The notes under the pieces were generated by a model, which had not been told where the DNA came from, did no database searches, and saw only the letters and a list, made by a program, of their open reading frames with translations. From positions 1 through 36,524 of IMG/VR virus record IMGVR_UViG_3300037518_000655: a stretch of 36,524 bases of DNA; one strand, given 5' to 3'. Positions 32,431-36,524 of this stretch are shown piece by piece. Position 1 is the stretch's first letter; each line of letters begins with the position of its first letter. The position numbers were made by a program, and so were the translations under genes. Origin of the DNA: a virus. Lineage: Duplodnaviria; Caudoviricetes.

Positions 32431-35009
32431 CGATCAAGCGCGAGATTACCCTGGCCCGGCGCGCCCGCGAGGCCCAGTTCGAGCGCGAACAGTACACCTT
32501 CCCGGCCGTGCTGCTGGCGGTCGATTATCTGAACTCGGCGGCAGTGGCCCGGCAGCCGGGGCATAGCTGGTTTCAAGAGCTGGGCTTGCAGGAGGATGGC
32601 GAGGCCACGCCGGGCATCGCCTTTAATCGCAAGGCGCCGGGTTTGCCGGGTCTGAAGGTCACGGTCAAGCGCTGGCCCAAGGCGCCCTACGACTACGAGG
32701 TGGTCGACTGGGATGCCAGCCAGATCAAGGATCTGCCGGGCTACACCGGCACGCCGCTGTTGGCTCAGCACGCCCAGGATCATATCGATGGCTACGATCC
32801 GCTCATCCTGCCTACCCGCAACCTGTCCGCCCTGCGGACATATATTACCCCAGGGAGCACCACGCTCACGGTCAACGTCGCGCCCTACGCCGATTTTGGT
32901 GGCCTGAACGATCTGGATCTGAGTAGTAGCCAGCCGGCGAGCGGTCTGGCCCGCTACGTGCTGGTCTACCTGGCCGGCGACGGGACGATCCAGGTAGTGG
33001 AGGGTGACACGGCGACCGACCTGGAGACCGCGCCGCCGCCCCGGCCGGAGACGCCGGCGGGCGGGATCCCCAGCGCCTATGTGCGGATCGATGGCGACCA
33101 GGCGGCGATTGCCGAGGTGGACATTATTGAGGGTCGCCGGATTTTAGAGCAAGGGGGTGGCGTCCATCCCTTCCCGGCCTGGGGTGAGGTGATTTTGCAT
33201 CGGGATGACGGGACATTTGATGTCTATACCGATCTGGTGGAGGCGGTGGACGCGGCGGCTACGGATGATGTGCTAATAGGTTTAGGTGAGTTTGATATTG
33301 GCAGCCAGCTAAATATAGACCAGTACATCCATCTCACCGGGGTAAATGATGACCCAAAAAGCTTCATCATACGCAGCGCGGATGAGACTCAACTTAATAT
33401 CACTTCAAGATGCGAGCTAGCAAGTCTCAGGGTCGAGAATACCAAACTATCCGGCGATGCCACAGCCATTAACATAGCTTCTCCATTTTCGGCGATAGTG
33501 TTGAGGAATGTGGAGGTAATTTCTACCAGTGCGCCAGGGATTAATAGAGCTATAAGAGTTGGCACAACTACCAGTGTTACTCTCATAGACTGTAATAGCA
33601 CTTCTGGGACGGGATCGACACAACGTGCTCTTTATACAACCGGGTCAGTAAATATTTTTGGTGGGGTGTATGATGTGTTTGATGCCATAACAGCCATAGA
33701 ATCGGCTTCAGGCGGGTTATTTCTGTATCAATTGCCAAGAATAAGGGATGGTCTGATTGGCTCAGACGGCGGCTGGTATGTAAATAATGACAACCAACTC
33801 GTCGACAGCTTAGGCGGCTATCAGGAGTTTGACGGGAGATCATCAGCGCCGGGAACACCAACCACGGAGCGCGGGCGGATTTATTTTGATGCAACTACGA
33901 AAGAGTTCCGTCAAGTGGATGATACCGGAGCTACAAAATCATTGGCAAATGCATCCGGAGCGCCTGATGATGCAGAATATTATGTTAAATCTTTACACGC
34001 TGGTTTAAGCGCCGAGATTGTTCCCCCGCTGGATGAGTTTAAGGCATCCAAACTCCGGCAGTTGGATGATGGCGGAGATGCCGTAGTCGCAGATAATAAT
34101 GGCAATCTAAGGCTAATCGACCACGCATTGATATTTGACTCTGGCAACGGAGATTGGATTATCACGAATGGCTCGAACGAGGTGGCTTGGGTACTCAACA
34201 CGAACACTCGCGGGCTGCTAACTCCGACTGGAATTGTGCTGACCGGGGCGGGCCAGAATTTAAGAGGAATATCAGATAATGTGCCTGACTTAGGCACAAC
34301 AACGGCAGCGGAGAAACTTGGAAATATCTATCAGGCGGCTGCCAAAGATGTTTTTGCCAAAGGGGACGATTTCGGTCTGTTTAATCGTCTTGTAGATGCT
34401 AACAGGACTCCTGGGGAACATTTTCGAGACGGGGGGGACGATCTCAGTTGGACAGGGTACGCCAGTTATACTGGTTTCGCATCACCGCCATCTTCGGCCA
34501 GTTACGCCACACCGAGCTTTCTCAAAGTAACACATTCGGCCGCCACAAGAGCCTTCAAGTATCGTTCGTTCATTAATGCCCAAACATTCCTGATAGCTCG
34601 CGTCATGGCTGGAGCAACAGTTGAAGCAGGATTGATGCTCGATGATGGAGTGGACAATGTTGATGGTCTTGGCGCTAACAATTTCATCCGAGCCTTTATC
34701 GAGTATCCGACTTTTACCACCAATCCTAATTTGGCGGTCGAGTACCGAACAGGCGGTGGCGGGGTCACAAAATCGACCGGCTTATCTATACCACCCGGAC
34801 AACCACTCACTATAATTTTATTATATGGTTTAGGTACACGATGGTCTAGCTGGAATTTTCAGGTTTATATTTTGGGGGGAGACGGAGGATTCAATTTCTT
34901 TACTGCCGGCCCTGACGGATTCTCATTCACGCCAGCACGTCACGGTCTTTATTTTCGGTGCGTATCAGCCAATAACATTGGTGGTTACGACTCGTTTGAG
35001 GAGGTGTAG
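32427..35009 (+). CDS. Tail fibre / receptor-binding protein
   Basis: 860 aa after the tail tip; beta-helix-like middle; abrupt shift to AT-richer codons near 33200. Confidence 0.65.
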   Translation: MTIKREITLARRAREAQFEREQYTFPAVLLAVDYLNSAAVARQPGHSWFQELGLQEDGEATPGIAFNRKAPGLPGLKVTVKRWPKAPYDYEVVDWDASQIKDLPGYTGTPLLAQHAQDHIDGYDPLILPTRNLSALRTYITPGSTTLTVNVAPYADFGGLNDLDLSSSQPASGLARYVLVYLAGDGTIQVVEGDTATDLETAPPPRPETPAGGIPSAYVRIDGDQAAIAEVDIIEGRRILEQGGGVHPFPAWGEVILHRDDGTFDVYTDLVEAVDAAATDDVLIGLGEFDIGSQLNIDQYIHLTGVNDDPKSFIIRSADETQLNITSRCELASLRVENTKLSGDATAINIASPFSAIVLRNVEVISTSAPGINRAIRVGTTTSVTLIDCNSTSGTGSTQRALYTTGSVNIFGGVYDVFDAITAIESASGGLFLYQLPRIRDGLIGSDGGWYVNNDNQLVDSLGGYQEFDGRSSAPGTPTTERGRIYFDATTKEFRQVDDTGATKSLANASGAPDDAEYYVKSLHAGLSAEIVPPLDEFKASKLRQLDDGGDAVVADNNGNLRLIDHALIFDSGNGDWIITNGSNEVAWVLNTNTRGLLTPTGIVLTGAGQNLRGISDNVPDLGTTTAAEKLGNIYQAAAKDVFAKGDDFGLFNRLVDANRTPGEHFRDGGDDLSWTGYASYTGFASPPSSASYATPSFLKVTHSAATRAFKYRSFINAQTFLIARVMAGATVEAGLMLDDGVDNVDGLGANNFIRAFIEYPTFTTNPNLAVEYRTGGGGVTKSTGLSIPPGQPLTIILLYGLGTRWSSWNFQVYILGGDGGFNFFTAGPDGFSFTPARHGLYFRCVSANNIGGYDSFEEV

Positions 35010-35014
35010 GCGTA

Positions 35015-35536
35015 ATGTTTACAATCAAACGGATCGAAAGACAGATAATTCCCACGGGCGTAGTAATAAGTCTATTGTTTGAGTCAAATGGTGCTCAGGG
35101 AGCATTGACACTGCCTCTACCGGAAGATTGGAGTGAATTGACTCGGCAACAGAAGGTAGACTGGGGGCGACAACAGATAACCGACCACCTGACCAGCTAC
35201 AACTATCAGCCGGCTCATGAGTTGATCTTTCCCGATCCAGACGCGCCAACACAGGCCAGAGAGGATTTAGCTAACCTCCCCAACTGGGCCACCTGGTCCG
35301 GCCCAGAAGCTGCCGATGCTCTTAAATCAGCCATCCTGAATGGGATGACCAAAGCCGAAGCTCGTGCTGCTATTGATGCACAGTTTGCCGGCGTGACGAA
35401 TTTGGCGACGCTGGCTCAGGCAACGGTTGCGGTGCTGAAACAGCTATCTGACGCGGTGATTGATGGTCGGGATGTCGGCCACCAGAACGAAGCGCGGGCT
35501 ATTATGTACCTGCGTGATATTGTGGTGGAGAAATAA
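35015..35536 (+). CDS. Hypothetical protein, possible fibre-associated chaperone
   Basis: 173 aa directly after the fibre gene, same composition. Confidence 0.6.
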   Translation: MFTIKRIERQIIPTGVVISLLFESNGAQGALTLPLPEDWSELTRQQKVDWGRQQITDHLTSYNYQPAHELIFPDPDAPTQAREDLANLPNWATWSGPEAADALKSAILNGMTKAEARAAIDAQFAGVTNLATLAQATVAVLKQLSDAVIDGRDVGHQNEARAIMYLRDIVVEK

Positions 35537-35581
35537 AATCTCCCCAGGGAGGGTGGACAACTTACCCCAGGGAGATTTTTT
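35535..35581. terminator. Probable bidirectional terminator between convergent operons
   Basis: AAAATCTCCC...GGGAGATTTTTT. Confidence 0.65.
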
Positions 35582-35602
35582 GCCGTTGGGTCAGAGAGAA
35601 AG

Positions 35603-36136
35603 TCAATCTCTCCGAGCTATAATCTCAACTCCTTTCTGGCGATGAACTTCTGCCAACAATTCCCAATACTCGCTCCGCCTCTGCGGTATTGGAATATAAA
35701 TCCGTTCGACGATCTGGACAGGTTGTTGTTGCCGTTTATTGAGCAACAATGTTGCCAGAATAATTAACAAGACTGAACCCAGGATGCCAAATGGCATTAG
35801 TAGATTTGCCGTCTCCTTTCTACCTTCAGCTTTCGCCTCAATGATTTTTGCTTCGGCTTCAGCCTCGGCTTTTAGGATTGTCGCCGTGGCCGAAGCGTCC
35901 ACTTCTTGCTGCTTCCTGACCAACAACGCCTCGAACTCACGCTCGATGCGCTGCGTTCTGGCTCGCTGGTCATAGGCGTCGGCCTGGACCTGTAATGTTC
36001 GCGCCTGCCCGTCGCTTCTGGCTCGTTCGTAGTTGGCCGCGCCAACTGTGACCAAGCCGGTGGCGTAAACGCAGGCCAGAGAACCCAGGCCGCCGATTAC
36101 CAGAAGGATAACTAACGATCCAAAAAATTTTGCCAA
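35603..36136 (-). CDS. Membrane protein: TM, coiled coil, TM
   Basis: SD AAAGGAGG before TTG 36136; hydrophobic FFGSLVILLVIGGLGSLACV and LLMPFGILGSVLLIILATLLL. Confidence 0.7.
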   Translation of the reverse strand: MAKFFGSLVILLVIGGLGSLACVYATGLVTVGAANYERARSDGQARTLQVQADAYDQRARTQRIEREFEALLVRKQQEVDASATATILKAEAEAEAKIIEAKAEGRKETANLLMPFGILGSVLLIILATLLLNKRQQQPVQIVERIYIPIPQRRSEYWELLAEVHRQKGVEIIARRD

Positions 36137-36180
36137 ACATTCCCTCCTTTCGATTGTGGGTGGGCCGAAGCCCACCCGTT

Positions 36181-36390
36181 TTAGTAATAACGAATCATCT
36201 CGGCATCTTGTCTCTTCGGCTCCCGGAATTGAGGCGTATAGTATACGTAAGGGTCACTAATCCAGGTGGCGCTCGTCGTAGTAACAGCCACCAGGCGACC
36301 ATTCTGATCAAACTCACGCCGTTCGATTTTGGTTGTGTAAGAACAGGCCGATAAAACTAATACCGAAATGATTATCAACAACAATTTCAT
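36181..36390 (-). CDS. Small lipoprotein
   Basis: MKLLLIIISVLVLSAC lipobox; SD AGGAGG. Confidence 0.8.
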   Translation of the reverse strand: MKLLLIIISVLVLSACSYTTKIERREFDQNGRLVAVTTTSATWISDPYVYYTPQFREPKRQDAEMIRYY

Positions 36391-36399
36391 TTCAGCCTC

Positions 36400-36522
36400 C
36401 TAGAAAGCAAATTCTCCTTGAGGCTCAGGGTTCTCTTCTTCCGGCTCTGGTGGAAGATCGAAGGGATTCTCTTCTGGCTCGGTAGCCGGCTGCAAGGACT
36501 TCTCGTATTCCTCTAACCGTTC
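36400..36522 (-). CDS. C-terminal fragment of an acidic protein (truncated by the window end)
   Basis: ...ERLEEYEKSLQPATEPEENPFDLPPEPEEENPEPQGEFAF*; stop overlaps the lipoprotein SD. Confidence 0.55.
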   Translation of the reverse strand, partial: ERLEEYEKSLQPATEPEENPFDLPPEPEEENPEPQGEFAF

Positions 36523-36524
36523 CT

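Larger units (their letters stand above)
1..36524. mobile_element. Temperate tailed phage (siphovirus-like), probably the excised/circular form; both ends truncated
   Basis: Integrase with tRNA-derived att core, terminase, portal, protease, capsid, tail tube, frameshifting chaperone, tape measure and tail tip in canonical order. No host housekeeping gene on either side of the att core. Confidence 0.9.

Noticed and set aside
32427-35536. Diversity-generating retroelement or invertible cassette acting on the fibre gene
   Set aside because: No reverse transcriptase, no adenine-variant template/variable repeat pair, and no invertase with flanking inverted sites seen in the window.
35603-36390. 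Rz/Rz1 spanin pair
   Set aside because: Opposite strand to the late operon, the lipoprotein precedes the membrane protein, the latter has two TM segments, and no adjacent holin or endolysin was seen.

Overview
The window is most of a GC-rich temperate siphovirus-like phage genome. The likely host is a Chloroflexota (Anaerolineae-type) bacterium, inferred from family resemblances rather than a database search. Left to right: (1) a leftward operon with a DnaA-N-domain initiator-like protein, a candidate origin, a sigma70-region-4 HTH and a PD-(D/E)XK nuclease; (2) a tyrosine integrase followed by the 3' half of a tRNA-Arg(TCT), read as the att core, probably attP; (3) an AT-richer accessory block with a membrane-anchored Mrr-like fusion whose active site looks degenerate; (4) back-to-back sigma70 promoters with matching TACGAC direct repeats next to a small MerR/Xis-type HTH gene; (5) an early operon with a DEDDh exonuclease and a large ParB fusion; (6) a late promoter and terminator, then packaging, head and non-contractile tail genes; (7) a leftward membrane-protein cassette cut by the window end. 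The most unusual signals are five arrays of 7-nt repeats, four at gene junctions and one inside an ORF (two fold into periodic hairpins), an Acb2/Tad1-like gene inside the tail operon, the CI/Cro-free switch, and short antisense transcription units. No endolysin, CI repressor, CRISPR array or reverse transcriptase was recognised. All protein calls come from motifs recognised by eye.
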